Of a DNA stretch of 64,000 nucleotides, positions 1 through 10,758 are shown piece after piece. This DNA comes from Candidatus Bathyarchaeota archaeon. GTDB taxonomy: Archaea; Thermoproteota; Bathyarchaeia; Bathyarchaeales; Bathycorpusculaceae. The number at the start of each line of letters is the position of its first letter. The stretch's first letter is position 1. Both the position numbers and the translations under genes were made by a program. The notes under the pieces are model-generated. The model was not told the origin of the DNA and made no database searches. It saw nothing but the letters and a program-made list of their open reading frames with translations. Where the stretch lies: the NCBI GenBank assembly GCA_963832745.1, contig CAWHVC010000002.1, positions 288,001 to 352,000 of the forward strand. Direction: 5' to 3'.

Positions 1-1
1 C

Positions 2-1252
2 GAACCGTGTACTAATATGTTGCAATGATTCAGCCAAAGTGTTGAAAAGTAAGGGTTTTTGGCGCATAGCGTTTCTGACGTTTTCACGGACTTGCCAGAC
101 ACCAATAGGCATGATGTAGCCGGGGCGGGCTTCACGTAGCACAATCACGGTTGCCTGACGCTGCTCCTTAACCAGCAACTCACAAGTTGCCAGCCGAGCC
201 GAATAGTAGCAGCCTCCAATAGCCGCGTAAGTTGTCCGCCCATTGTTGCCTTCCCAATCCGAAAAAATGGCTACGTTTTTACCGGCGGGATTCCAAACTG
301 TTCCCGGATACCATGCCTCCATTGATTCGTAACTGTACTGGGCAGGAATCATCAAAACTTCAAACACGTTATCAAGATAGACTGATTCGTACACACGGTA
401 CTCGTTTATTTCAGGAAAAGTTTTGACCTGTTCACGGAGATTTTTGGAGATTATGTCGTCAACAGCGGTTATACTCCAGCGTGTAGGAACTAAGCGGCGG
501 TTTTTTTCTACTCCGAATGCGCCGACGCTGAAGGCTTTTTGGATTTTGGTGACTATTACGCCTCGGTCGTAAAGTTCCAGGACGGCGTTGGTTGATTTTA
601 GGTCGGTGTCGTAGTATGCTTTTTCGATGTGCTGCTCGTAACGAGCGTTACCAACACGCATATCCCTAATAGGCGCCGACGGACCAAACGGCTGCACGTC
701 ATCATCCATAAAGATTGAACCGCGGGGCTTCTTTGTAAGATTTAGCTCCATGTCCACACTGTTATCCGCCAACGCCAACTCGCGGGTGGAATCCATGATT
801 TTTCCCGCTTTAAGCACGTTTGTTACGTTAACGCGGTGTTTGCCCCTGATCAGCATGGAACGGAACCCTACAATCTCGTCAATTGACTTGCCAAACCATT
901 GTTCGGGCAAATCGTAAATACTCGTGTCCTCGCTCACGGGCGGGACGAGTGGGCCAGCGTAAACGTTGGGGTAGCCGATTCTGCCTATAAAAACGCTTGG
1001 CGGCGACATGCCGGTGATGTCTTGATTGGACATTAAAGGGATGCTTTTGTTGAAGTAGTTTACTTTTACCATTATAGGGCAACGGGTTTTTCCACAAAGG
1101 TTTCGCGAGCCCTTACAGATAACACACAAGCTATCTTGAGAAGTTCGGGCAACGATTTGGCTGTCGTCTCCCATGTTTGCGTGTTTTAGAATGTCCTTTA
1201 GCCAGTTATCTGTTGGATGCACGTTTTGTGCTGGTTTTGCGGTGAAAGACAT
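2..1252 (-). CDS. nreA: Nre family DNA repair protein (3' end runs off the window; not in ORF track)
   Basis: Manual translation from ATG 1252: ...LCVICKGSRNLCGKTRCP...SPPSVFIGRIGYPNVYAGPLVPP...DLPEQW...IVGFRSML, the Nre N-terminal Zn finger and signature. Confidence 0.88.
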   Translation of the reverse strand, partial: MSFTAKPAQNVHPTDNWLKDILKHANMGDDSQIVARTSQDSLCVICKGSRNLCGKTRCPIMVKVNYFNKSIPLMSNQDITGMSPPSVFIGRIGYPNVYAGPLVPPVSEDTSIYDLPEQWFGKSIDEIVGFRSMLIRGKHRVNVTNVLKAGKIMDSTRELALADNSVDMELNLTKKPRGSIFMDDDVQPFGPSAPIRDMRVGNARYEQHIEKAYYDTDLKSTNAVLELYDRGVIVTKIQKAFSVGAFGVEKNRRLVPTRWSITAVDDIISKNLREQVKTFPEINEYRVYESVYLDNVFEVLMIPAQYSYESMEAWYPGTVWNPAGKNVAIFSDWEGNNGRTTYAAIGGCYYSARLATCELLVKEQRQATVIVLREARPGYIMPIGVWQVRENVRNAMRQKPLLFNTLAESLQHISTRF

Positions 1253-1363
1253 CTTAATTGATGAAGGATGATGCGTGTTGATATGTTTTCTGCAAACAAA
1301 CCCTTAAAAACCGCCATAGCCACCAAAGCGAACCATGTTTAGTATGCAATTAATTTTGTTAAA

Positions 1364-1948
1364 TTAACGTCCAGTGATGGTTTTTAACATACGAGATTTT
1401 CGGATAACACGCCTGACCGGCGGCGGTAGCCGTAACATGACAAAATCAGCCGCTTTATACAATCCAAAAAGCCCATTTGGCGCCACGCCAGCATCAATAA
1501 TTTTCAGGTAACCATCAATGTTTCTGATATTCTCACAGCTTATGTCCAAAAGCCCAAACTTGCTTGCGATGCTGCGCAGTTGAGTCAACTCCTCGGCGGT
1601 TACCTCTACTTCTTTGCCGTATTCCTGAAGTAGACAATATTTTGTATGCCAAAAAACACGTGCAAAATAGACGTGCCTGTACTGGCGGGGCAACTGTTGG
1701 TAAGCTTTATGGTCATTTTCTATTGCTTCTTTTTTACCGATTTTAAGCGCTAAAATCTTGGATTTAAAATTCACTCGGAAAACAAGTTTATGCATGCCAT
1801 AACTGAGCATTGAGGATTTAGAAAAAATCATTGGAACAACATTTACTAACTCGCTCATGGGGACAAAAGTGGTTTTTTTCGCGGTTAAATAAGAATCTAT
1901 TAAACCGTCTAAAATTTTTGCTCGATCTTGCATTCTTTTATATTTCAA
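1364..1948 (-). CDS. Small protein with protein-kinase-like motifs
   Basis: GMHKLVF (Gly-loop-like), LALK (beta3 Lys), DISCEN (DxxxxN), IIDAG (DFG-like) in the expected order. Confidence 0.55.
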   Translation of the reverse strand: MKYKRMQDRAKILDGLIDSYLTAKKTTFVPMSELVNVVPMIFSKSSMLSYGMHKLVFRVNFKSKILALKIGKKEAIENDHKAYQQLPRQYRHVYFARVFWHTKYCLLQEYGKEVEVTAEELTQLRSIASKFGLLDISCENIRNIDGYLKIIDAGVAPNGLFGLYKAADFVMLRLPPPVRRVIRKSRMLKTITGR

Positions 1949-2334
1949 TATTTCACAGCATCGGAAAAATGTTTAGGCTCAATAATTGGGTATGTGACTA
2001 CATGGATACAACTACATTAGGCTATCAAGTGATACTGATTTATAGCCACTGTTCCAACTAAATTGACCTCAATTCCTACAACGATGAATGCTTTATGGTA
2101 CCACCGTAGTTCCTTGCTAAAACCTCTAAGCGTTAACAAGAAAAGAAACGGGTAAAAATCCATTGGCGCTCCATTGTGGGGCTGATTGTCGGCTCAGAAT
2201 CAGGAATGAAAAGAAAAAAATGCCAAGTATTGTTGCCAGCCTGCACCAGACGAAGCACCAACCAGCAACCCAATCAGCAGTGATCTGTTAAAAGATTCGA
2301 TAAAAGTTTTGGCCCTAAAAAGGGAAAGGGAATT

Positions 2335-3873
2335 TTAGGCTTTGGTTACGTATTTTTCTTTAAACTCAGAAAGCCTTACTTTACGTTTCTCAAGCGCATT
2401 GATGATGCCGTCTCTCTCTGACTGCAACGCAGTTAACACTTTCTTGGAGTCATTAACGATGGTTTCAGCCTGAGACGCTGTTGTTTGAGCGTTTGCAAAA
2501 ATGTCTTTTGCAGATTTCTCTACGCCTTCAGCTTCAGCAGTTACATCACTTGCCAATTTTCCGATGCTTTGCGCGTTAGTTACTGCGCGTTCAGCTGCTT
2601 TCTCAATGTTTTCGGCGGCAGAGGAAACGCTTTTGGCGATACCTGCAAGTTCTTCGGCTGAAGCGGTTTGTTCTTGAATCGCTGATGATGTTTCTTCTGC
2701 TGCGGAGGAGCTTTCTTCAGCGATACTTGCAACTTCCTGAATTGTTTTAACAACAGAGTCTAAGGCTTCTACGCCGCTTCTGACGTTGCTTGTTAAATTA
2801 TCAACTTTAACGGTCATGACATCCATGATTTGGGCGATGCTCTCTGCTTCCTTTATTGCGCCAAGCACAACAGTTGCGCCTTCAGCCGCGCCAGATTGGG
2901 ATTGGGAAGCTACACTGCTGCTTTTATCTCCGGCTCCTTTGATGTCTTTAACCAGTATTATTGCTTCACCGGCAGCAACTTTAGATTGGCCAGCTAAGCC
3001 TTTGACGGCATCAGCAACCACTGCAAAGCCTCTCCCTGCTTCGCCTGCACGGGCAGCCTCGATAGCTGCGTTAAGTGCCAGCATGTTTGTTTGGCCTGCA
3101 ATGTCTGAAATTGAGCCGGCCATTTCCCCAATCTTGTCAACGGAATTAACCATGGAGGTAACTGCGTTGGAGAGTTCTGTAATGTTTCCTTTGATGTTTT
3201 CAATTGCATGCAGTCCCTTTTGGCCTTTCTCGTTTGCCTCTTTAGACTTCTTTAGGGCTTCAGCAGTTACTGTTGAAGTGTCTTTGGCGATTAAGCCTGC
3301 TTCATCCATGACTTTTTTAAGTGATTCAGTACTTTTAGCAGTATCCTGTGAGAGTTCCGCAAGCTTTTGGGCACCCGTTGAAACCTGCTGAGAAGCCGTA
3401 CTAACTTGTTCCATACCGTTAACAATCTGGTTAGTAGCGGCAGCGCATTGTTTGCCCATTTCTAAAAGTTGCCTGCTTGCTTTAACTGCGCCATCCGAGT
3501 TTGTAGCAATTTTTTCCGCTGCATCAGTAACTTCTTTTACGCTTGTAGATACTTTAGCGACTGCTTGACTGGCACTTTCAGCCAGTTGCGTAACTATTGT
3601 TGACGCATTTTTCATTTGCTCAGAATATTCTGTTACTTTGGTGAAAGTATTGATGATTTCTACTTGATTATTAAGAACGTTTTCTCCACTTTTTACCGCT
3701 TCTTCAAGCACTGGAACAACGTACTCGACTAGTTCTATGATCTTAGCGTCGAGTTTGCTGTTTTCTTCTTTTAACTGTTTGTTTTCTAACTGTAACCGTT
3801 TGTTTTCTTGTTCAAACTGGTTTAGCTGTTTTTCTTGAACAGGGACTATTTTGGCTTTTGCTTCCTCTTGCAT
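2335..3873 (-). CDS. Soluble methyl-accepting chemotaxis protein
   Basis: Hairpin-tip signature [30 protein letters not shown]; no hydrophobic TM segment. Confidence 0.9.
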   Translation of the reverse strand: MQEEAKAKIVPVQEKQLNQFEQENKRLQLENKQLKEENSKLDAKIIELVEYVVPVLEEAVKSGENVLNNQVEIINTFTKVTEYSEQMKNASTIVTQLAESASQAVAKVSTSVKEVTDAAEKIATNSDGAVKASRQLLEMGKQCAAATNQIVNGMEQVSTASQQVSTGAQKLAELSQDTAKSTESLKKVMDEAGLIAKDTSTVTAEALKKSKEANEKGQKGLHAIENIKGNITELSNAVTSMVNSVDKIGEMAGSISDIAGQTNMLALNAAIEAARAGEAGRGFAVVADAVKGLAGQSKVAAGEAIILVKDIKGAGDKSSSVASQSQSGAAEGATVVLGAIKEAESIAQIMDVMTVKVDNLTSNVRSGVEALDSVVKTIQEVASIAEESSSAAEETSSAIQEQTASAEELAGIAKSVSSAAENIEKAAERAVTNAQSIGKLASDVTAEAEGVEKSAKDIFANAQTTASQAETIVNDSKKVLTALQSERDGIINALEKRKVRLSEFKEKYVTKA

Positions 3874-4119
3874 TCAGGTAACTCCTTAGAATGACAACTT
3901 TGCCAAATTGTTTATAATAGGGTTATGAACACCGAATATTCATCAGAAAAAACAGAATTTGCAAAGAAACAAAATGAAAAACCTGAAGCAGCTTAATTTA
4001 GGCATCAAATTGTAATTAAAATAATCAATTTTCTCTGAAAATATTGTAAAAACCTTAAACAAATAAGTCATCAAAAAAAAGCAGAAACGGTATAAAAAAC
4101 ATTTTTTGATTAAGAGAAG

Positions 4120-4197
4120 TGGCGCCCAGGCCGGGATTCGGACCCGGGTCCTGCGGGCGACAGCCGCATATACTGGACCGAACTATACTACCTGGGC
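4120..4197 (-). tRNA. tRNA-Asp(GTC), CCA encoded, no intron
   Basis: Acceptor GCCCAGG/CCTGGGC + G + CCA; anticodon arm TGCGG-CTGTCGC-CCGCA; T arm CCGGG-TCCGAAT-CCCGG. Confidence 0.93.
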
Positions 4198-4331
4198 TCT
4201 TAAGCGCCGAAACAATACACACCATTTAACTAATTAAGCTTTCTTTGGTAAAAACCAGTATAGCTAAGGAATGCCGCATAAAGAAGCGTTAAACAACCAA
4301 AAAATCAGGAGCAAGGCTGAGGTTTTTTGAT

Positions 4332-4817
4332 TTATGGTGCAGTAGGCTTCTGGTGCTTTTTGCCAGTCATGCCTTCAATGCAGATTTTACCCATCGTCGT
4401 CTTAGCCAACTTTTCAGGCTTAACCTTTGCAAGTTTCTCTTCAGGAGTCAAACTAACCTGCCTGACAAGCACAGCCATGCCATGCTGCTTCTCCGCCAAA
4501 TCTTCAATCAAAACCATTTTGCCCCAGAACTCAACACACGTATAAGCATAATCGCACTCGTCAGTTACGCCGTAGTCAAGGACTGCTTGGCCCCAAACGC
4601 GGTTGTTAGCTTGCAGGTAAACCAGTTTTTTGCCTTCGGGGGCGCAGTGGAAGTAGAGGCAGTTTTTTTCTTCATCATATCCGTGGCTCAGTGAGACAAG
4701 GTAAGGCTCATTGTTCATGCATTGAGCTATCGTGACGTACTTGGTGGTTTTTAGAACTTGGCGCATTTCTGCTGGGTCAGTGATTTCCCGTTCTTTGCGG
4801 CGGACATGAAAAGACAT
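4332..4817 (-). CDS. Pyridoxamine 5'-phosphate oxidase-like / NimA-like flavin-binding protein
   Basis: RRKEREI N-terminus, EPYLVSLSHGY, LYFHCAPEGKK, C-terminal IEGMTGKK. Confidence 0.85.
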   Translation of the reverse strand: MSFHVRRKEREITDPAEMRQVLKTTKYVTIAQCMNNEPYLVSLSHGYDEEKNCLYFHCAPEGKKLVYLQANNRVWGQAVLDYGVTDECDYAYTCVEFWGKMVLIEDLAEKQHGMAVLVRQVSLTPEEKLAKVKPEKLAKTTMGKICIEGMTGKKHQKPTAP

Positions 4818-5201
4818 ACTGATTCCTAACCAAACGACCTCATATTAACTTTTAGAATCCAATTGCTCAACCAATTTGGCGTATTCTTCTTTTGCGTTGC
4901 GAGCCCAAATCACAAAAACAAACTAAAAATGGCTATCCTAAAACTCGTGAAGCATATTGCATCCCATGGTTGCCCAAAAATCGCAGTTAAACCAATAGAT
5001 CTTGTGCTAATAATGCCTGATAGGTAAGCAATAAGCGGGCTTTTATCTAACGCCTTTTTAACTTTAAGTTTTGCTCTTGCAGACTGGTTCTTGTTTAATC
5101 AAAGAAGTTTAACTACACCATTAATGCCTAGCACATGGTAGTCAACGCTTTCTATGCTGGAAAACCAAGACTGAAAACGCTGAACAGCTTTTGGAAGCAG
5201 T

Positions 5202-5362
5202 CTATTTGGTTCCTATTAGAAATTGTATGCAGAAACCTATAGGGGGTCTACCTTTCCAAGTAGGAGTAGACTCTATCTGCACTTTTCTGGCTCCAATGCT
5301 GCAATTTACTAAGGGGGGTAGGTGCTAATGGTTGAAATTTGACTCATTAATATGTTGAAAAA
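5202..5362 (+). repeat. Dispersed intergenic repeat, copy A (longest; modules 1 and 2)
   Basis: 5202-5244 matches the reverse complement of 26875-26917; GGGGGTAGGTGCTAATGGTTGAAA...TATGTTGAAAA matches 13372-13419. Confidence 0.8.
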
Positions 5363-5441
5363 CGGTAAAAACCCGGTTTTAGGGCTGCTCACTTTTTATA
5401 CTCGAGCATTTGAATGATTTCGAACATTACAAGAGACCCTT

Positions 5442-6800
5442 ATGGATGCAGCCTCCGTCATAGCAGTATCAATTTTTGTCTGTACACTCTTTTTGATGAT
5501 TAGGCGTCCCAGAGGTATTCGTCTTGGCTTGGCGGCGGGCATAGGCGCTTTAGCTTCACTGATTTTGGGCACGGTAGCGTTTGGGCAGGCGTTGCAGTCT
5601 TTTTTGGATATTTGGGATGCAGCTCTGGCGTTTATTGGCATTGTGGCGCTCTCGGTGACGTTGGATGCGATGGGTTTCTTCAAATGGGCTGCGCTTAAAG
5701 TCGTCAAACTTGCAGGCGGCAACGGCTTAAAACTATACTTCTACGTTTCACTCCTCACCGCCGCAGTAAGTATCTTGTTTGCTAACGACAGCGCTGTACT
5801 GATTTTGACCCCGATTGTGTTGGAAATCGTTACCTGCCTAAAAATCAACGAAAACGGCAGACTGGCATACCTGTTTTCAGCAGGCTTAATCGCAGACACA
5901 GCAGCAATGCCCTTAATCACCAGCAACCCAGTCAACATTGTAAGCGCCGACTACTTCCATTACAGCTTCATCGACCACCTAACCCTAATGAGCCTCGTCG
6001 CCGTTGCAACAATAACAACCAGCATGTTGCTTGTTTACGTGATTTTTAGGAAAAAAATCCCCAAAATATATTCTACCGAACTGGCTGAAAGCCTCTCACA
6101 GAGCACGCAGCCAATCCCCCGTAACCTGCTAAAAATCAGCATTGCCGCTCTAATCGCGGTAGACGTTGGCTATGTTATTGCTTCCCTACTGCGCATACCC
6201 GTTTCCTTTGTCATCTGTTCAGGCGCAATCTTCCTAATCCTCACCTACTGGACCGCGCTAAACCGTGGCTATTTCAAAGCTGCCCAAACCAAAGGCCTTA
6301 AAACCTTAGCTAAAGAAATCAACTGGGATATCGTTCTGTTCATGCTAAGCATCTTCATCGTCGTCCAAGGACTAGAGCATGTGGGTTTAACTGATTTTTT
6401 GGCGACGGTTCTTGTTTGGGGTAGCTCCTTGCCGTCAGCATTATCGATTATCATGCCCAGCCTAATGGTTACGGTTGGAGCCAGTTTCATGAACAATTGG
6501 CCCATGACTATCCTTGGATTAATCTCGATTAATCAGGCAGCAGCAGCCACAGCGTTAAGCAGTCAAGCCATGACGGGACTGGTTTTTTCAAACATAATCG
6601 GCAACAATTTGGGGCCACATTTCTTTCCGTTGGGCTCTTTGGCGATTTTGATGTGGCTTGAAACTATGCGGCGAAAAGGAGTAAACATTAGCCTCTGGAG
6701 TTACCTTAAAGTTGGCGCGGTACTCTCAATTGTGGAAGTTGTTGTTGCGTCGCTGGTTTTATGGGCTGAAATAGTCTTGTTAGGCATGCATCTGTTCTAA
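5442..6800 (+). CDS. arsB: ArsB-family arsenite/antimonite efflux permease (IT superfamily)
   Basis: FANDSAVLILTPIV, IADTAAMPLITSNPVNIVSADYF, MNNWP, GSLAILMW motifs; many TM helices. Confidence 0.85.
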   Translation: MDAASVIAVSIFVCTLFLMIRRPRGIRLGLAAGIGALASLILGTVAFGQALQSFLDIWDAALAFIGIVALSVTLDAMGFFKWAALKVVKLAGGNGLKLYFYVSLLTAAVSILFANDSAVLILTPIVLEIVTCLKINENGRLAYLFSAGLIADTAAMPLITSNPVNIVSADYFHYSFIDHLTLMSLVAVATITTSMLLVYVIFRKKIPKIYSTELAESLSQSTQPIPRNLLKISIAALIAVDVGYVIASLLRIPVSFVICSGAIFLILTYWTALNRGYFKAAQTKGLKTLAKEINWDIVLFMLSIFIVVQGLEHVGLTDFLATVLVWGSSLPSALSIIMPSLMVTVGASFMNNWPMTILGLISINQAAAATALSSQAMTGLVFSNIIGNNLGPHFFPLGSLAILMWLETMRRKGVNISLWSYLKVGAVLSIVEVVVASLVLWAEIVLLGMHLF

Positions 6801-6831
6801 GCAAACGTTTTAAGCCCAAACCTCAGATTGA

Positions 6832-8066
6832 ATGTCTGGTACCTTTATGCTAGTTAGCACTACCAATCTTAGCAAAGACACGTTGAAAGGCAAAACTGCC
6901 ATAGTCACGGGCGCAGGTAGAGGCATTGGCTATGAGGCAGCAAAAGCGCTTGCATGGCTTGGCTCAAACGTGGTTATCGCCGAAATCGACTCACAAACAG
7001 GAAAAACCGCAGAAGAAACCCTCAACAAAGAATTTCCCGGAAGAGCCTTTTTTGTTAAGACAGACATTGGCAACGAACAAGACATTCAACAACTTGCAAA
7101 GGACGCAACCGGACGTTTCGGCAAAATTGACATTGTCTTAAACAACGCTACAGTTTTTCCAATGGGCGCTGTCAAAGATATACCAGTTTAGAAGTGGGAT
7201 TTTAGTTACCGCGTTAACCTGAGGGGGCCAGTGCTTCTGGCAAAACAGTTTCTGCCAGCTATGCTTGAACGCAAGTCGGGCGTATTTGTCTGCGTTTCCT
7301 TTTCAGGAGCAGCGCCATTTATGGGTCCATACGAAGTTTTCAAAACGGCACAAGTGGAGCTTGCTAACACTCTTTCTGGTGAACTGGAAAACAGCGGCGT
7401 CTATGCTTTCACTATTGGACCCGGCATCTCATTGACACCAGGGTTTATTGAAGGCGGCGGCAAAGTTGCAGAACTAATGCGCCTGAGCCTAAAAGAGTTG
7501 TTTGAACTAAACAAGAACGCTCAGATTAGCCCCGAAGCGGCAGGCACAGGCTTTGCATTAGCCATTGTTTACGCACAAAAATATGCAGGCCAAGAAACAA
7601 GCTCCATTCAGGTACTGCGTGAAGCAAACATTGCCATCAGCGCAGAAATTGAAAGCCAGCCAGAAAACCAAAGTCAGCTAACACCTACAGCAAGGGAATC
7701 AAGCGAAAACCTAAGCACACAGCAGCTCTACAGGGCAGTCCAAAAAAGCTTCATGGAACAATCCGAAGGCTGGAAAAAACGCAATCTTTTCGAGCGGCAA
7801 GGGTTAGCCGAGACTTCAAAAAGAACACGGGTCGAAGCATAGACGAAATGCAATCAGCCCTTAAAGCACTTGGCGAAAACATCAAAAATCAGCAATCTAC
7901 AGCCGAATTCATTACGCCTCTAAACAGTATAGCCGTTTACTATGCGCATCAGCAAGACCAGTTAAAAGGTTACGAAAAAGATCCAAATAAGCTGGCAGCA
8001 AACCTGAAAATCATTGATGGCTGGATAAAAGAAGTTAAAACCCTAATTCAGGTATTGCAAAGTTAA
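6832..8066 (+). pseudogene. SDR oxidoreductase with C-terminal helical extension, disrupted
   Basis: TGAGRGIG and NNA motifs; in-frame TAG at 7189-7191 (DIPV*KWDFSYRVN); YEVFK; apparent 1-nt deletion near 7800 joining to the 7848-8066 frame. Confidence 0.8.
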
Positions 8067-8156
8067 GCTTTTGCAGGTTATAACCGTTTTTTACGGTTAA
8101 CGAAAAGAATTTGAACTCCCGTACTTCTTCCTTTTTGTTATTTTTAACTGGCTTTT

Positions 8157-9695
8157 GTGTGGAGCATTAAACCCATCATGAACCGTTTTTTCCGTTTTTC
8201 TATAAACAAAAAAGACGCGTTACCAGTTGTACACTCGGTTGATAATCTAGCGTCAGGAAATGTTGAGCCGCCAAAAGACCTCAAATATGCAAACAGTGTC
8301 TTGTTGGTCGTCACAACAGTTGCTTTGCTTATCAATTATGTTGAAACAATGGTTATTCCAGGAATCCCCACAATCCAAAAAGACTTCAATACAACCGACA
8401 CTATCGCATCATGGATAACCTCTGCCTTGCTAATTGTCGGCGCAGTGACTTCACCACTATTTGGCAGAATGGGCGACAACTATGGCAAAAAACGCATGTT
8501 CCTTGTTGCACTTGTCTTTTACACTGTAGGCGTTGGCGCAGCAGGTTTTTCGACTTCAATCTATTTTTTGATAGTAGCTCGAGCAATTCAAGGCGTAGGC
8601 TTTGCGATTGTGCCTTTGGGGCTCGCCATTATAACTGACGTTTTCCCAAAGGAACGAGTTGCTATGGCACAGGGAATAATCAGTGGAACCTTCGCTATAG
8701 GCGCAGCTATAGGATTAATTTTAGGTTCATACGTGGTGCAGGATCTTGGCTGGCCATACGCTTTTCACACGGCACTTATTTTCAGCGTAATCCTGCTTGG
8801 AGTAACAGCGAAAGTGCTCAAAACAGAAACTCCTCAAGTGAGAAGTAAAGTGGATTACGGAGGCGCCTTCATCCTAATGTCTGGTATCGCGTTAAGTCTC
8901 ATTTACGTTACCGAAGGACCACAGTTAGGTTGGGTTTCTTTGGAGTCATTTGCCTTTTTGATTCCCGGCTTAGCACTTGTAATAGGTTTCTTCTTTTATG
9001 AAAGAGTCAAAACTAACCCGTTAATTCCACTTAAACTTCTAGAAATCCGAAACGTTATGGTAGCCAACATAATCGGCATAATCAGCGGAATTGCCCTGTT
9101 TCTGCTGTTTTTTGCCCTAACTTATTATGCTCAGCAGCCGGAACCGTTTGGCTTAGGCTTAACAATAATCGAGACAGGCTTATCCTTGGGACCTGCAACA
9201 ATTGTTATGTTTGTCCTCGGACCTTTAATGGGGCGGGCTGTAGCAAGAATTGGGCCTAAACCCGTTATTTTCATAGCATCCGCACTGGTAATTGCTGGGT
9301 TCCTTCTGTTAATTTTTAACCGTTCCTCCTCCGAGATGCTTACAGTAGACATTGCCGTCTCGCTTGCAGGAATTGTTTCACTCATAATTCCAATCGTTAA
9401 CATGGTTAGCATTTCAGTCCCAAGCAACGCCACAGCCGTAAGCTTAGGCGTAAACACTATGCTTAGAAACGTGGGTGGCGCCATTGGACCTATAGTTGCT
9501 ACAAGCATACTGCTAACCTATACTTCCCAGTTAATCATTACAGTTCAAGGACAACAAGTGCCCGGTCCAATGCTGGCAAACGCGACTGCTTTCAACACAA
9601 TCTTCGCAATCGGTATTGGCTTAATTGTAGCTGTAATAATAATCAACTTTGCAACCAAAAATTACACATTCAAAAAGAAAAAGAGTGTCCGCTAA
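8157..9695 (+). CDS. MFS drug-efflux-type transporter (DHA2/EmrB-like); start uncertain
   Basis: GRMGDNYGKK motif A, ARAIQGVG, about 14 hydrophobic segments. Confidence 0.88.
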   Translation: MWSIKPIMNRFFRFSINKKDALPVVHSVDNLASGNVEPPKDLKYANSVLLVVTTVALLINYVETMVIPGIPTIQKDFNTTDTIASWITSALLIVGAVTSPLFGRMGDNYGKKRMFLVALVFYTVGVGAAGFSTSIYFLIVARAIQGVGFAIVPLGLAIITDVFPKERVAMAQGIISGTFAIGAAIGLILGSYVVQDLGWPYAFHTALIFSVILLGVTAKVLKTETPQVRSKVDYGGAFILMSGIALSLIYVTEGPQLGWVSLESFAFLIPGLALVIGFFFYERVKTNPLIPLKLLEIRNVMVANIIGIISGIALFLLFFALTYYAQQPEPFGLGLTIIETGLSLGPATIVMFVLGPLMGRAVARIGPKPVIFIASALVIAGFLLLIFNRSSSEMLTVDIAVSLAGIVSLIIPIVNMVSISVPSNATAVSLGVNTMLRNVGGAIGPIVATSILLTYTSQLIITVQGQQVPGPMLANATAFNTIFAIGIGLIVAVIIINFATKNYTFKKKKSVR

Positions 9696-10732
9696 GAAAT
9701 TTTCAATTTGCCGAAAATCTCTCTATACAGCCTTAAAGCTTCATCTTCGCCTACAACACCTTTAATCAGCATACGTCCACCATTAAAAAAGCTAACTTCA
9801 TACCCCTTGTAATTGAACAACAAAGCCAAACGGGACCTTAACCGAACGCTAAACAGGCAATTCACTTTATCATAAACTTCATCAAGACTTAGCCGTAAAG
9901 GCTTTTCCGGGTTAATGTTAGCGGTGTCCTTGCCGCAAAGCCAAACTAGCTGCTCGCCGTCTTTGACTTGTGAAATTGTGCCGTGACAGGTTGGGCAATG
10001 TGGATTTTTAGAGATATCAATTGTTCTAAAGTCCATGTCGTTGAAGTCGCAGACCATCAGTTTACCCTTCAGCGTTGAGCCTATGCCTGTTAAGAGTTTG
10101 ATGGTTTCCATTGCCTGCATGCTGCCGATAATTCCTGGGGTTGAGCCTATTACACCTCGGGTGTTACATGTTTGCATTTGGTCATCAGAAATGTTCGGTA
10201 TTAAACATTCAAGGCAGCCGGTTTCTGGCGGGGCAAAAACTGAAAGGTTGCCTTCAATGCCTATAGCGGCGCCAAAAACGTAAGGCACTTTAGCTTTGAC
10301 GCAGGCACGGTTAACAAAGTAACGGGTACGCATGTTATCTACGCCGTCAACAACGCAGTCCACGCCTGAAATTAGCTGCTCAACGTTGCCGGCATGCACG
10401 TTTTCCGACACTGCATCAACTGTAATCAGTGGGTTAACTTGCTTTAGGCGTTTTGCTGCAGCTTCAGCCTTCGGATAATGCAGGTCCGCGGGTGTATAGA
10501 GGATTTGTCGATGTAAATTGTGAGGCTCTATTGTGTCTTGGTCAATTACGCGTATGTAACCGACGCCGGCGAGTGCAAGATACAGCGAGGAAACAGTGCC
10601 TAATCCCCCCACGCCCACAACTGCAACTCGGGCTTTGCCCAACTTTTGTTGACCAGCTTCACCCAGTTCTTTAAGAGCGACTTGGCGACTGTAAAACTCT
10701 TTAGCAAAATTTACCTTGCCTGCGTTGTCCAT
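9692..10732 (-). CDS. HesA/MoeB/ThiF family adenylyltransferase (E1-like)
   Basis: YSRQ, VGVGGLG, NLHRQ, CLEC and CPTC Zn motifs, C-terminal extension. Confidence 0.9.
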   Translation of the reverse strand: MDNAGKVNFAKEFYSRQVALKELGEAGQQKLGKARVAVVGVGGLGTVSSLYLALAGVGYIRVIDQDTIEPHNLHRQILYTPADLHYPKAEAAAKRLKQVNPLITVDAVSENVHAGNVEQLISGVDCVVDGVDNMRTRYFVNRACVKAKVPYVFGAAIGIEGNLSVFAPPETGCLECLIPNISDDQMQTCNTRGVIGSTPGIIGSMQAMETIKLLTGIGSTLKGKLMVCDFNDMDFRTIDISKNPHCPTCHGTISQVKDGEQLVWLCGKDTANINPEKPLRLSLDEVYDKVNCLFSVRLRSRLALLFNYKGYEVSFFNGGRMLIKGVVGEDEALRLYREIFGKLKIS

Positions 10733-10758
10733 GCTTTGTGCCTGCCAATGTTGTGTTG

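Noticed and set aside
2050-2310. Hydrophobic minus-strand reading frame downstream of the MCP
   Set aside because: Short, no start codon and no recognisable family
2786-3391. 201-aa plus-strand ORF and similar antisense ORFs (e.g. 9131-9508, 19716-20141, 45567-45992, 49629-50069)
   Set aside because: Shadows of well-supported genes on the opposite strand; no family motifs
4845-5190. Possible small membrane-protein remnant on the minus strand, with a WF-containing stretch near 5165 faintly like the GWxP motif
   Set aside because: Needs frameshifts, lacks a clear start, and the motif match is too weak
7189-7191. Pyrrolysine or genome-wide amber recoding
   Set aside because: The same gene has a second lesion, no pyl genes are in the window, and TAG ends apparently complete genes (13349, 42777, 44035)
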